From NCBI GenBank assembly GCA_048939995.1, contig JBHLOY010000008.1, forward strand, positions 32,001-96,000: a stretch of 64,000 nt of DNA. The letters are read 5' to 3'. Positions 38,527 to 49,059 of the stretch are shown one piece after another (the first letter of the stretch is position 1; every line of letters begins with the position of its first letter). Source of the stretch: Promethearchaeota archaeon (lineage in GTDB: Archaea > Asgardarchaeota > Lokiarchaeia > Sigyniarchaeales > SOKP01). Below the pieces are notes generated by a model, which saw nothing but the letters and a program-made list of their open reading frames with translations, had not been told where the DNA came from and searched no databases. Both the position numbers and the translations under genes were made by a program.

Positions 38527-40698
38527 TTATAATCCAAGCTGAGCATCACTCGGACTATATTCACCAGTACCGTTTATTTCATAAGTTATCTCTACCATTT
38601 CTCCAGCATTTAGTAAATCTATTGTCCATTTTAAAGTATCTTGTCCAACTTCATCAGTTATTTCTGGTTTCTTACTATAAGTGCCGTATTCAAATTGATC
38701 AGGCACCTTATCCATTAAAATTAGATTTTGGAGTGGTGCTGTACCTATATTTTCAAGAATTAAAATTATTCTGTAATTTCCTAAGTCGCCAATTGGTAGA
38801 ACTTCTTTACCAATTCTAAACTTCCTTCTCAAGTGTAATGCCTCAATTATTGGTACTTCAGGCATAAATTCTAATTCTTGAGAGAGTGGATAGGTGTTCG
38901 CATTATATATGATTTGAGATTCAAATGTAGCCTCTTGAACAGGATTTATACAATGAATAGGATACTTAAAAACTAGACTTGATTCTGGCTTAAACATCTC
39001 TGTGTCAGAATTTCTTAGTTCTTTTAAACTAATTTTGAACACGCTTCCATCAAAGCTTACCGCTCCAGATGGTAAGTCAATTTCTTCTCCATCCCAAAGC
39101 ATTGTAACGTCAGATGCTTTTGGGGGTTGAAATTCATTAGTGAAGTATTGTTGTGAGATAATTAATTGATCCAAGGGAGCAGAACCGTTATTTATGACTT
39201 TCAAAGTAGCTATTACATCCTGTTCCTTATAAGTAGGTACTTGTGTAATATCATATTGCATGTCACCAGTTATACTGGCGATTTCCAAAATAACATCAGA
39301 AATATTTATTGTCCCATTCACTGCTGTCTGAAAGTCAGGCATAACTCGAAATTCAAGTTTCTTCCTAAATGCGGGATACTCTTCAGATTCGTATCGCCAC
39401 TTATTGGAGTGCCATTGTGCTCCTGCAGGAAGTAGGGGAATATCTCTAGGATCTATATCCACAAACTTTTTGGTTTCATCGTCGGGAGAATAGACATCAG
39501 CATTAAATAATTGGATAATAAACTCAGAGGGATTCTCAAAGACTAGTTTGCAATCCCAAATTTCTGGTTCTTCGTCTCTTTCAAGTGCATCTACATAGAA
39601 TTTATTTCTAGTGTAAGCATCATATTTATCTACCGCAAGACCTCCCGCGAATGATGATGATCCTTCATAAGTGACTTCTATTGGGCCACTTTTTCTTTTA
39701 GTTATGTCAGTTACCATTATAGTGCATGTAAACTTCAATAAAGCTGTCCTTTCGGGCGGTAATTTTTCAATTCTCCATACAACATTGTTACCTTCAATTT
39801 CTGCAATACCAATATTAGACTCTCTAACAACTGGATTTGAAAAGTCTTTTGGAATAGTTTTTACAACTTTTACGTTTGAAATAGCTTTTTCAAATAGACT
39901 TGACATAGCAATAGCAAACGTTACTGTATTTTCCTTATCAATTGAAATACCAAATGCTTGTAATGAAGATGCTGAAGCTACATCATACATATCCTCCTCT
40001 TCATCTTCTTCTTCCTCATCTTCTTCCTCTTCTTCATCCTCATCTTCTTCCTCTTCTACTTTCTTTATTTCAGGTTTACGCTTCTTTACACTAGAACCAG
40101 CTTTAGCAGTTTTATCTTTTAATTCAATCAAATCATTTTCAATATCTCTAAGATTTAACACATCATCAGCATTAGGAAGAGTATTAACATATTCTTTTAT
40201 TAACAAGAGATTCTTAGCCTCTCCTTTGATTAGAAAGTCTTGAGTCTCAGTATTTGTGTCTGGTTCAGTCCCTAATTCTCTTATCTTTATTTCTTTTGAT
40301 TTTAGATTTGTTGCTTCAATGTTTTTTAAACTTAAATCTATATCCCATAATCGATCTTTTTTACTAGGATTCTCTACACTGAACTTACCTTTAAAATTAA
40401 TTGACTCTATATTTCCGTCATGGTCGAGTTCAGTATTAACATCTTCCACAATTTTTACCAATGCAAGCAAACCTTCACGATTTCCAGCTTTCAATAAAAT
40501 TGATCCTTCAAGTGCTCCTGTATCAGCATCATAAGTCTCGATTACAGGAGTAGAAATATCTCTATCGACTAATCGAACTTTTCCTTCATCCATATCTGTT
40601 CTTTTTAAACCTTCAGCCACCTTTGCTTCATCTGCTTCCGTAGTATCCCAACCCATTCGAGATTCTTCTCGTTTTTTCTTATCTTTCTTTCGTGCCAT
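38527..40698 (-). CDS. Acidic beta-sandwich protein, mu-homology/DUF11-like, with poly-Glu/Asp tract
   Basis: KIVEDVNTELDHDGNIESINFKGKF and IPKDFSNP...GIAEIEGNNVVWRIEKL resemble adaptin mu-homology strands; no signal peptide. Confidence 0.6.
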   Translation of the reverse strand: MARKKDKKKREESRMGWDTTEADEAKVAEGLKRTDMDEGKVRLVDRDISTPVIETYDADTGALEGSILLKAGNREGLLALVKIVEDVNTELDHDGNIESINFKGKFSVENPSKKDRLWDIDLSLKNIEATNLKSKEIKIRELGTEPDTNTETQDFLIKGEAKNLLLIKEYVNTLPNADDVLNLRDIENDLIELKDKTAKAGSSVKKRKPEIKKVEEEEDEDEEEEEDEEEEDEEEDMYDVASASSLQAFGISIDKENTVTFAIAMSSLFEKAISNVKVVKTIPKDFSNPVVRESNIGIAEIEGNNVVWRIEKLPPERTALLKFTCTIMVTDITKRKSGPIEVTYEGSSSFAGGLAVDKYDAYTRNKFYVDALERDEEPEIWDCKLVFENPSEFIIQLFNADVYSPDDETKKFVDIDPRDIPLLPAGAQWHSNKWRYESEEYPAFRKKLEFRVMPDFQTAVNGTINISDVILEIASITGDMQYDITQVPTYKEQDVIATLKVINNGSAPLDQLIISQQYFTNEFQPPKASDVTMLWDGEEIDLPSGAVSFDGSVFKISLKELRNSDTEMFKPESSLVFKYPIHCINPVQEATFESQIIYNANTYPLSQELEFMPEVPIIEALHLRRKFRIGKEVLPIGDLGNYRIILILENIGTAPLQNLILMDKVPDQFEYGTYSKKPEITDEVGQDTLKWTIDLLNAGEMVEITYEINGTGEYSPSDAQLGL
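39991..40056 (-). repeat. GAR/GAT codon low-complexity run encoding an acidic tract
   Basis: EEEEDEDEEEEEDEEEEDEEED within the 723-aa ORF. Confidence 0.85.
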
Positions 40699-40842
40699 GT
40701 TAATTTTCCCTTTTTTTACATTTTTGTGATTTAATTTATTTATAGACTAATAAATATTGATTAGTAAAGTAAATATAAACACGATAGTTAAAAAAGATTT
40801 TTTCACAAAATCAAAGATTTGAATAGAAAATTTTTTTTAGTT

Positions 40843-41046
40843 CTAGAAAAGCTTTTTCTCAAACTCGTCTCCTCTATCTAGAAAAAGATCTGACTCTTTG
40901 AATTTATAGCCACACATTGGACATATGGTTACTTTTTTTCTTGTTTTTGGATTATAGGTTCTGAAAGTAAATCCACATACTGGACAAGTTCTTATCAGGT
41001 TACCACTGGCTCTTTTAATCTTAATTCCTTCTTTCTTTTTTTTCAT
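40843..41046 (-). CDS. Small zinc-ribbon protein
   Basis: CPVCG...CPMCG; overlaps the stop of glycerate kinase (ATGA). Confidence 0.75.
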   Translation of the reverse strand: MKKKKEGIKIKRASGNLIRTCPVCGFTFRTYNPKTRKKVTICPMCGYKFKESDLFLDRGDEFEKKLF

Positions 41047-42491
41047 TTTTTTGTTTTAATATTTAATTTACTTTTAGAAAGTATTACTAATACTAAATCA
41101 TTGACGTTACTTCCGGTCAAACCAGTAATGATTTCAGAATTAAATCTTTTAAAGAACGTATTTGAGTTATTATCATTCAAATATTCTTCTAAATTGGCAT
41201 TCTGAGAATTTATTTGAACTGTTAGATTGTTGTCAATTAAAGCACCCATCGCTTTACTATTTCCTTCAATTCCATCAAGATTCACTGCTAAAAGACAATA
41301 ATTATAAGTTACATCTTCATATCTAATGAGATTTAAGTAACTAAGTAGCATTTCTTGATTTCTGCCACCAATCCCATTCCCCATAATAGTCACTGTTAAT
41401 TCACCAGTTCCTATTAAAGCAATTTTCTCATCTTTCTGGATAGCTTTAACTTCATTTGAGATGATATCATATAGTTTTCTGGCAAAAAATCTTGCTTCAC
41501 CAGCAATTTGGTTAGAAAAGTACTTACAAGCAATTCCTAATTGACTAAGGTACTTCGATATTTCCTGGACAGCAATTTCTACACTCCCTATTAAATAAGA
41601 GTACACTTTTCGAAAATAGATGTCTCCTTCCTTAGGGTTTTCTAAGTTGGAATTATTTAAACCTTCTTCGATCACTTCTTTTATCGATCGAGGTATCTTC
41701 TCTATTATCTTATATTTAGATAAAATAGTGTAAGCATCTTGATAGGTAGTACTATCTGGTATGGTAGGACCTGAGGCTATTATATCCAACTTATTACCAA
41801 TGACATCAGAAATTATTAAAGCAATTAAAGTAGCCTTACTACATTCATATACTCTTTTAGCTAAATTTCCCCCTTTAAAATTAGATATGTGTTTCCGAAT
41901 CGTGTTAATTTCATCAATTGAAGCTCCAGAAGCTAGTAATAATAAATTAATTTCCTTTAAATCTTCTATTGAAATCTTTCCTTTTGGTAAAGGTAAGAGA
42001 GCTGAACCTCCTCCAGAGATTAAACAGATAATTAAGTCCTCTTCAGAAGCTTTTTCGATCATTTTCATCATAGCTCTAGTTCCATTTAAGCCGCTTAAAT
42101 CAGGAGTAGGATGTGAGGCAAAATTTATTTTAACTTTCTTTGGAAAATCTTTCTCTTTCAAATCTAAACTAGTAGGAACATTTACTATTCCTTCATAATC
42201 TATATTTCCAAATTCTATAAGTATCTTTTCTAAGGAAAGTGCCATTTTTGCAGTTGCTTTTCCTCCACCAATTATGTATATTCTACGGTAAGCCTTTAGA
42301 TTGAATAATTTTTCATTGATTACTAGGTTATCATTATTGATTTTGATTGCTTTTTCTATTAATTTATCAGGTTTAATAGAATTGAGAGCTTTTTCTAATG
42401 CATTAAGTAAAATTTCTCTTAAAATTTTATATCTTTCTGGTAATTCTTCAGATATTATTTGATCATAATTTTTAATCAACATTCGAGTCAT
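41043..42491 (-). CDS. Glycerate 2-kinase (MOFRL family)
   Basis: GGGKA, HPTPD, LISGGGSAL, SDVIG, IASGPT, GGRNQE, TGSNVND. Confidence 0.93.
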   Translation of the reverse strand: MTRMLIKNYDQIISEELPERYKILREILLNALEKALNSIKPDKLIEKAIKINNDNLVINEKLFNLKAYRRIYIIGGGKATAKMALSLEKILIEFGNIDYEGIVNVPTSLDLKEKDFPKKVKINFASHPTPDLSGLNGTRAMMKMIEKASEEDLIICLISGGGSALLPLPKGKISIEDLKEINLLLLASGASIDEINTIRKHISNFKGGNLAKRVYECSKATLIALIISDVIGNKLDIIASGPTIPDSTTYQDAYTILSKYKIIEKIPRSIKEVIEEGLNNSNLENPKEGDIYFRKVYSYLIGSVEIAVQEISKYLSQLGIACKYFSNQIAGEARFFARKLYDIISNEVKAIQKDEKIALIGTGELTVTIMGNGIGGRNQEMLLSYLNLIRYEDVTYNYCLLAVNLDGIEGNSKAMGALIDNNLTVQINSQNANLEEYLNDNNSNTFFKRFNSEIITGLTGSNVNDLVLVILSKSKLNIKTKK

Positions 42492-42607
42492 ATTAATTAA
42501 AGGTCTCTAAATATTTTACACTATCACATGTTTTATTAAACTTAAAATTAGTTGCATAATTTAATTTATTATAATCTAAAAAGTTTTAAAATACTAAAAT
42601 TTAAAAA

Positions 42608-44110
42608 GTGAACTCTTACATGAGCAAAAATGAACTCTATGATATAGTAATAATAGGTGCGGGACCAGGAGGTTATCATGCAGCCGTTAGAGCAGCACAA
42701 TATGGAGCTAAAGTTGCTTTAATCGAAAAAGCAAAATTAGGAGGTACCTGTCTGAATTGGGGGTGTATTCCGACCAAAGCATTGTATGCTTCCGCGGAAT
42801 TAATTCACGAAATAAAAGAAAAAGGGGAAGGATTTGGAATTTCTTGTGACCCTAAATTAGATTTTGCCAAGGCTGTTGAAAGAAAAAATAAAGTAGTTCA
42901 GGAGTTGGTAGAAGGAATAGCAGGATTGGAAAAGGCATGGAAAAATGACGTTTATAATGGTTATGGAAAAATAATTGGAGGAAATGCAGACTCTGGTTTT
43001 GAAATATCAATAGAAGGGACTGAAAACAATATTATTAAAGCAAAAAGGGTGATCATTGCAACGGGGTCATCTCCTGCAATAATTCCAGCTTTTAATATTG
43101 ATCATGATAGGATTCTCACTAGTGATGATATTCTTCATCCAGATTTTAAAATTGTTCCTAAGCGATTACTAATCATTGGGGCAGGAGTTATAGGCTGTGA
43201 ATTCGCAAATATATTTTCTACTTTTGGCTCAAAGGTGGAAATTTTAGAATACCTTTCATCTCCAATTGCTACAGAAGAACCTATGATTATAAAAGAATTA
43301 CAGAAGAAATTTTCTAGCCTTGGTATAAAATTAAACGTTTCTCAGAATGTGTTATCAGTTGAAAATACAGGTACAGGAGTAAAAGCAACTACATGTTCAG
43401 CAGACGTTCCGAGAGATCAAATTGAAAGTGCTGAAAAGTTTTATTTTGAAGCAGACTATTGTTTAGTATCAATAGGTCGAGCTAGAATGTCTCAAAATTT
43501 AGGACTTGAAAATCTTGGAATTCAAACTCAACGGGGGGCAATCACAATCGATACTAAAACGACTGAAACGACTATAAAGGGAATTTATGCTATTGGAGAT
43601 GTAGCGGCGTCAGGTGCTCCAATGTTAGCCCATGTAGCTAGTTATATGGGAGATGTAGCAGTTGCAAATGTACTCGCAAGTATCGGGGGTTTCCCCATTA
43701 AAGGAAGAACAACGGACTATAATGTAATTCCAGCAACTATATTTACTAATCCTAATATCGGTTCGGTAGGATTAAGAAGAAACCAAGCAAAAACTTTGGG
43801 AATCGATACAGCAATGGGGAGATTTGCTTATACCTCATTAGGGAAAGCCAAGTGTGCAGGTCATGAGGAAGGATTTCTCATGATATTAGCAGATGATAAA
43901 AGCCATAAAATTGTTGGCGCTTCTTGTATTGGAGCAGAAGCTCCTGAACTTATTGCTGAAATTGCTTTAGCTATGCAACATGGATTAACGGTTCATGACA
44001 TTGGGGATGTGATCCATAGTCACCCTACGATTTCAGAGATGGTATTAGAAGCTTCTGAAGATGTATTTGGGATGGCTATTCATAAGAAGGGGAGACCTGT
44101 TTTCCATTAG
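42608..44110 (+). CDS. lpdA: Dihydrolipoamide dehydrogenase
   Basis: GAGPGGY, GGTCLNWGCIPTK, GAGVIGCE, HSHPTISE. Confidence 0.94.
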   Translation: MNSYMSKNELYDIVIIGAGPGGYHAAVRAAQYGAKVALIEKAKLGGTCLNWGCIPTKALYASAELIHEIKEKGEGFGISCDPKLDFAKAVERKNKVVQELVEGIAGLEKAWKNDVYNGYGKIIGGNADSGFEISIEGTENNIIKAKRVIIATGSSPAIIPAFNIDHDRILTSDDILHPDFKIVPKRLLIIGAGVIGCEFANIFSTFGSKVEILEYLSSPIATEEPMIIKELQKKFSSLGIKLNVSQNVLSVENTGTGVKATTCSADVPRDQIESAEKFYFEADYCLVSIGRARMSQNLGLENLGIQTQRGAITIDTKTTETTIKGIYAIGDVAASGAPMLAHVASYMGDVAVANVLASIGGFPIKGRTTDYNVIPATIFTNPNIGSVGLRRNQAKTLGIDTAMGRFAYTSLGKAKCAGHEEGFLMILADDKSHKIVGASCIGAEAPELIAEIALAMQHGLTVHDIGDVIHSHPTISEMVLEASEDVFGMAIHKKGRPVFH

Positions 44111-44185
44111 AATGTCTAATATTTATTTTTCTATTAAAAAACTTCAAATTTTATGAGCAAAATTTGATTAATTTTTTCATAAAAT

Positions 44186-46297
44186 TTAATGTTTTATAAA
44201 ATTTACATTAAAGGAAGTAAGTTTATTTTTTCTTATATTTATTTCTCGATACCCTCCTGCCAATTTTGGATTATGGTAACCCCCTAATCCTAAAGCAGGA
44301 GTTTGTACTACAAAAGGAGCATATAGACTTATTAGTTTGGCATTTGTATATAATTCTGAATATAAATCAAAATATACTGCCGCTGGATTTTCTAATTTTT
44401 TCAAGCTAAAAGGTGGAGCTGTAAACACTTTTGATTTCTCGCCTTTTGGATCTTCCAACCTAAATTCCTTTAGTTCGTGCGTGTGCCCAGAAAGGGTTAA
44501 AATACAATGATCCTTACAGAATTTAATCAATTTCTCCCAATTAGAAGAAATTGTACCAAATTTTACATCAAATTTGCCATCTATTCTAGCAGTGGATGAT
44601 TTCTTACCTAGGCTTCTTAAAACTGTTTCTTTAAACTCATCTACTTTATCTAAAAACTCTTCAAATATATCTTTTTTACTGAGTTTTTTAAAAAAGCTTA
44701 CTGTTTTCCTAGGATTAATTGGTGGTGCGTGTAAAAATAAATATATTTGATCTCTATTATTTGTCTTAAAATTAATTATATTTTCTAGATATTTAATCTG
44801 TCGACTTGTTAGCCCAGTGACTGACGGATGCCCCATCAAAAAATCTCTAATGTTCTTATAAGAATCAGAACCAGAGTTTAGAAATATTAATAAGTGTCTA
44901 CCAAGCCTAATTGAATAATCCAAAGATGGATTTACTTCTATTAAATAACCTTTTAACGCATTGAAACTTTTAGTGATTGAGTTTATTGGGTTTGCCAACA
45001 ACTTATCGTTTAAAGCTATTGCCTCGTTTGCATTCAAACCAAGCTTTCTATATAATCCTCCCCATCTTAAATCATAATGGAATGGTCGAAAATCATGATT
45101 TCCAGGAATAGTGAAAACTGGACATATTAACTCCTGTCCTTTAAACATACCTCTTTTCTTTGTTTGAGGTAGATTAAGAATTATTTCTTTGAAAATTTTC
45201 CAATTGCTATTCTCATATTCGAAGTTTAGTTTCTTTCTTACATCTTTCGGGATTTCTGAGAAAATTGTAAAATCAACAATATCTCCCGTTAAAACTATAA
45301 AGTCTATTTCATTTTTTAGCACTCTTTTATTCATTTGTTTTATAAATTTTCTGAAATTATTATTTGGGTTAATAATGCGCCGAACTAATGGTTTAATAGT
45401 AATAGGTATAGATGATTCTTTTTTTTTAAAAATGCGTTCGAAAAATGAGAGGGTTTTTACACTTTGTTGAGCTATCTCTGCTATTTTTTCTTGTTTAAAA
45501 ATAGAAGTCCAGTTTTTTACAATTCCATAAATATCATCATTACGCTTTGCTAAATGTAGATCAGTAGCATGAATAAATTGAAAATTTTTCCATTTATTTT
45601 TAGATATGACTAATGAATGATAATTAGTTCGCTTCTTTTGAATTTTATCATGGATAATGTCAAACATTACAAATGTATAATTCTTGAGGAATTCTAAAAT
45701 TTCATCGGTTATAGAAAAGGAAATTCTCGCTTTATGAAAAAAAGATAGTTCATCAAAAATATTGTATTTTATCAGATAAGGTTGTGGGCAACAATAACTT
45801 TCGTAATCTGCATTTTCTATTGAAATTAAGGAGGCTTTCTCAACATGAATTATTATAGCTTTTATTGCATCCCCTCTAAAAACTCGATGTTTTAGTTTTT
45901 CGATTTTCTTTTTTTCTACAATATCAAATTTTTCTCCTTGTGAATCAACTATTTTATAAGCTTTTGTTGATACATCGATTTTCTCATCTTTATCTCTATG
46001 AAAAAGTTTTTCCTTTAATCGGTTCCAAAAACTTTTTTTTTCTTCTCTCTGAGCCTCTTTGATTCTCTTCATCCTCTCTTGTTCCAGTAACTTCTTCAAT
46101 TTCCATCTATATTCAAGAATTGGAACTAGTTCGATTTTATGTCTTAAAAAATTTTCCAACCTTTTTGGCTCAGAAATATTGCTGACAAATAGGAAATCTA
46201 TCTCAAATTCCTTCTTTTTTAGCCTTCGATCTATATTCAAAAAGAGAGGATGTCCTAAATTAGGGTTGATTAAAAGAGCTTGCTCCACTTTTTTCAC
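44186..46297 (-). CDS. Large metallophosphoesterase (calcineurin-like)
   Basis: TDLH, TGD, PGNHD, LHAPP, SGHTH motifs. Confidence 0.85.
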   Translation of the reverse strand: MKKVEQALLINPNLGHPLFLNIDRRLKKKEFEIDFLFVSNISEPKRLENFLRHKIELVPILEYRWKLKKLLEQERMKRIKEAQREEKKSFWNRLKEKLFHRDKDEKIDVSTKAYKIVDSQGEKFDIVEKKKIEKLKHRVFRGDAIKAIIIHVEKASLISIENADYESYCCPQPYLIKYNIFDELSFFHKARISFSITDEILEFLKNYTFVMFDIIHDKIQKKRTNYHSLVISKNKWKNFQFIHATDLHLAKRNDDIYGIVKNWTSIFKQEKIAEIAQQSVKTLSFFERIFKKKESSIPITIKPLVRRIINPNNNFRKFIKQMNKRVLKNEIDFIVLTGDIVDFTIFSEIPKDVRKKLNFEYENSNWKIFKEIILNLPQTKKRGMFKGQELICPVFTIPGNHDFRPFHYDLRWGGLYRKLGLNANEAIALNDKLLANPINSITKSFNALKGYLIEVNPSLDYSIRLGRHLLIFLNSGSDSYKNIRDFLMGHPSVTGLTSRQIKYLENIINFKTNNRDQIYLFLHAPPINPRKTVSFFKKLSKKDIFEEFLDKVDEFKETVLRSLGKKSSTARIDGKFDVKFGTISSNWEKLIKFCKDHCILTLSGHTHELKEFRLEDPKGEKSKVFTAPPFSLKKLENPAAVYFDLYSELYTNAKLISLYAPFVVQTPALGLGGYHNPKLAGGYREINIRKNKLTSFNVNFIKH

Positions 46298-46363
46298 TAA
46301 AAAATTGTATAAGCAATCAGAATTATGCCTTTTTCAGAAAAATTTGGTAACCGAAATTATTGT

Positions 46364-46624
46364 TTAACTTTGTGCTAAGTTAACAAAGATTACATTATCG
46401 CCCCGTACAACAATACTTCCTAAATCCTCATGCTCTTCTCTAATGTTTCCATCCTCATCTTGATATTCAAAAATCTGACTTGTTCCTTCAAGATAGAGGT
46501 TCAAGTGTTCATCAAATCCGGCTAAATTTCCCCGAAATAAACGGTTTCGCTTCACTTTTATTAAAATGATTTTATTCATTGAATTTTTTAAATAGTCAAT
46601 TGGTCTATTTGGTCTTCTTTCCAT
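46364..46624 (-). CDS. Sm/Lsm protein
   Basis: RPID, G.L.GFDEHLNLYL (Sm1), VRGDNV (Sm2). Confidence 0.93.
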   Translation of the reverse strand: MERRPNRPIDYLKNSMNKIILIKVKRNRLFRGNLAGFDEHLNLYLEGTSQIFEYQDEDGNIREEHEDLGSIVVRGDNVIFVNLAQS

Positions 46625-46837
46625 AATTAAAAACTCAAAAAAAATGTTTAAAAAATCTACTAATAATATTAGAAATATTAAAAGTGAATTAAAACCTTTG
46701 GTTTTCAGTCTTTTTAATTAGCTTAAGAAATTAAGCTTAAAAATATAAAAAAGTAACTATCATATTTTTATTAAAGAGGGTTATTAAGAATTTAAAAACC
46801 ATATATTATTTATATTCTTAGAACCTTTTATATATAA

Positions 46838-46944
46838 AGGCTCGTGGCGAAGCATGGATATCGCGGCAGCCTCCTAAGCTGACGGACGGGGGTTCAAACT
46901 TCTTTAACGGTTTATTGAAGGAATAAATCCCTCCGGGCCTGCCA
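46838..46944 (+). tRNA. tRNA-Arg(CCT) with a 29-nt intron (46898-46926) at position 58/59; CCA encoded
   Basis: Acceptor AGGCTCG/CGGGCCT, D-stem GCGA/TCGC, anticodon loop CTCCTAA, T-arm GGGGG-TTCAA^AT-CCCTC after intron removal. Confidence 0.92.
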
Positions 46945-46989
46945 TTTTTAATTTTAAACTTTTTAAGTTATAGTTTTTTTATCAATTTA

Positions 46990-48954
46990 ATGAAAAAGGA
47001 TTATGTGACTAGCCTCTCTTATTTAAAGGTGGGTGTGCGACCTTTATTACCACATTTTGTTAGGAAATTATTCTTAATGTTCAATCCTCACGGCTCGTTA
47101 CCTATTGTTAAGCTTTTGGCAATATTTTTTGGAACTGGTTTTCCAAAGCAAGGTGTTAGAAGATATCCAGAATATATGTTGAAATTAAAAGATGGAACCA
47201 AACTAGCTACTGACATTTATGCCCCAAAAGAGATATATAAGAAGAAGATTAAATGTCCTACTATCTTAATCCGCTTACCATATTGGAAGGACCAGTTAAG
47301 TGTTTTAGGATATAATTATGCCGCCAATGGATTTGTAACTATTATTCAAGATATTAGAGGAACAGGTCATTCAGAAGGTTTCAACTATTACTTGTTTACT
47401 GAAAGAAATGATGGATTAGAAACGCTTGAATGGATCTCAAGGCAATATTGGTATAATGGGAAGATTGGAATGGTAGGGGCAAGTTATTTTGGGATTACTC
47501 AACTAGCGCTATCATGGGCTAATAATTATCTAACTTGCATTACCCCAGCTGTTACTTCCACATTGAATCTATGGAAAAACAATGGAGGACTCCAAATCCA
47601 TGCTTTGGCTACATCAATTTATAGGATTATGGTTAATGTTGCAGCTCATCGGGAAGCTCCTAATGTAGATAAATTAACAAATTTAATGCAAGAGAGATAT
47701 TTGAATCCAAGATATGCACTATTCAATGATCCTATTGAAAAGAAAAGTGGAATTAAACTTTCTCATTTAAAAGGTAAATCAATTGAGGAAATTCAAAATC
47801 TACTGGTAAAGTATTATAGTATAGACAATTTTAATCCTTCAAAGAGAAATTTAAAGGTCTATTTTACTTTCTTAAATGACTTTTTAATAACTCGTGGCTT
47901 AGAAAAGGATACCGAAAAAATGTCAGGCTTTCTAGAAATGGATATAAGTAAATTTTCACAACCTGCATTAATGCTGACTGGATGGCAGGATATGTTTTTT
48001 GAGAAACAATTGGCTGATTTTTTAGATATCAAAGCCAACTCCAAAGGTCTAGCAAAAAAGTATTCAAAATTGATAATTGGTTCTTGGGCTCATGTAGCAT
48101 CTGGACATCCAGAAAGTCGATTAACTAATGCAGGAATTATTAGATTTATTAAAGAGTTTTTAAGTATGGGGTGGAATAAATATTGGTTAATGGATGATAA
48201 AGAGGCTTTTTCTGATATGAGAAAACCTGCTATAAAATATTGGGTAATAGGAAAGAATTTATGGAGATATAGTGATAATTGGCCTCCTGAAGGTTTAGAA
48301 TATCTGAGATTCTATCTACATTCTCAAGGACTTGCAAATGGTGTAAACGGAGATGGTTTATTGAGTTTTGATGAACCATATGATGAACATGAAGATGAAT
48401 ACACATTCAATCCATTAAATCCAGTAATTACAAAAGGAGGGAGAAATTTAGGAATATTAAAAGGTTCTCGAAATCAAAAAGATGCTGAAAAACGGAAGGA
48501 TGTTTTAATTTATACTTCCAAAACCTTGGATCATGGTCTTGAAATTACAGGACCGGTTAAAATGGTATTATTCGCTTCAAGTTCTGCCAAAGATACTGAC
48601 TTTATGGTGAAATTAGTTGATGTATATCCTCATGGAAAAGCAATAAATATTTTAGATGCAGGAATCAGAGCAAGATATAGAAATGGTGAAGATAATCCTT
48701 CTTTAATTGAATTGAATATGGTTTACAAATATGAAATTAATTTAGGAAACATTTCTAATTATTTTAGAAGAAATCATCGAGTAAGAGTTGAAATTACATC
48801 AAGCAATTTTCCGAGATTTGATATTAATACTAATCTAGGTGGAGAAAAACATCTTGAAGGATATAAAATTGCCCATCAGAAAATTTTTCATAATCAAAAA
48901 TATCCAAGTCATCTCATCATACCTCTTTTTCATGAAAAGTCAAAAAAAAGTTAG
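46990..48954 (+). CDS. CocE/NonD-family serine hydrolase
   Basis: DGTKLATDIY, QDIRGTGHSEG, GASYFG nucleophile elbow, SSNFPRFDIN. Confidence 0.92.
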   Translation: MKKDYVTSLSYLKVGVRPLLPHFVRKLFLMFNPHGSLPIVKLLAIFFGTGFPKQGVRRYPEYMLKLKDGTKLATDIYAPKEIYKKKIKCPTILIRLPYWKDQLSVLGYNYAANGFVTIIQDIRGTGHSEGFNYYLFTERNDGLETLEWISRQYWYNGKIGMVGASYFGITQLALSWANNYLTCITPAVTSTLNLWKNNGGLQIHALATSIYRIMVNVAAHREAPNVDKLTNLMQERYLNPRYALFNDPIEKKSGIKLSHLKGKSIEEIQNLLVKYYSIDNFNPSKRNLKVYFTFLNDFLITRGLEKDTEKMSGFLEMDISKFSQPALMLTGWQDMFFEKQLADFLDIKANSKGLAKKYSKLIIGSWAHVASGHPESRLTNAGIIRFIKEFLSMGWNKYWLMDDKEAFSDMRKPAIKYWVIGKNLWRYSDNWPPEGLEYLRFYLHSQGLANGVNGDGLLSFDEPYDEHEDEYTFNPLNPVITKGGRNLGILKGSRNQKDAEKRKDVLIYTSKTLDHGLEITGPVKMVLFASSSAKDTDFMVKLVDVYPHGKAINILDAGIRARYRNGEDNPSLIELNMVYKYEINLGNISNYFRRNHRVRVEITSSNFPRFDINTNLGGEKHLEGYKIAHQKIFHNQKYPSHLIIPLFHEKSKKS

Positions 48955-49059
48955 CCAGGCTCTTTTCTAGCGTTTAGTTTCTATATACATATCGTATTTT
49001 ATCTAAGATGAATAAGTTATAAATAAAATCAGAACCCAATTATATATTGCTAAATAGAG

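Noticed and set aside
39671-40243. 190-aa poly-Ser ORF
   Set aside because: Antisense of the Glu/Asp tract in the 723-aa gene.
46720-46737. AGCTTAA-GAAA-TTAAGCT hairpin between lsm and the tRNA
   Set aside because: Isolated AT-rich repeat with no assignable role.
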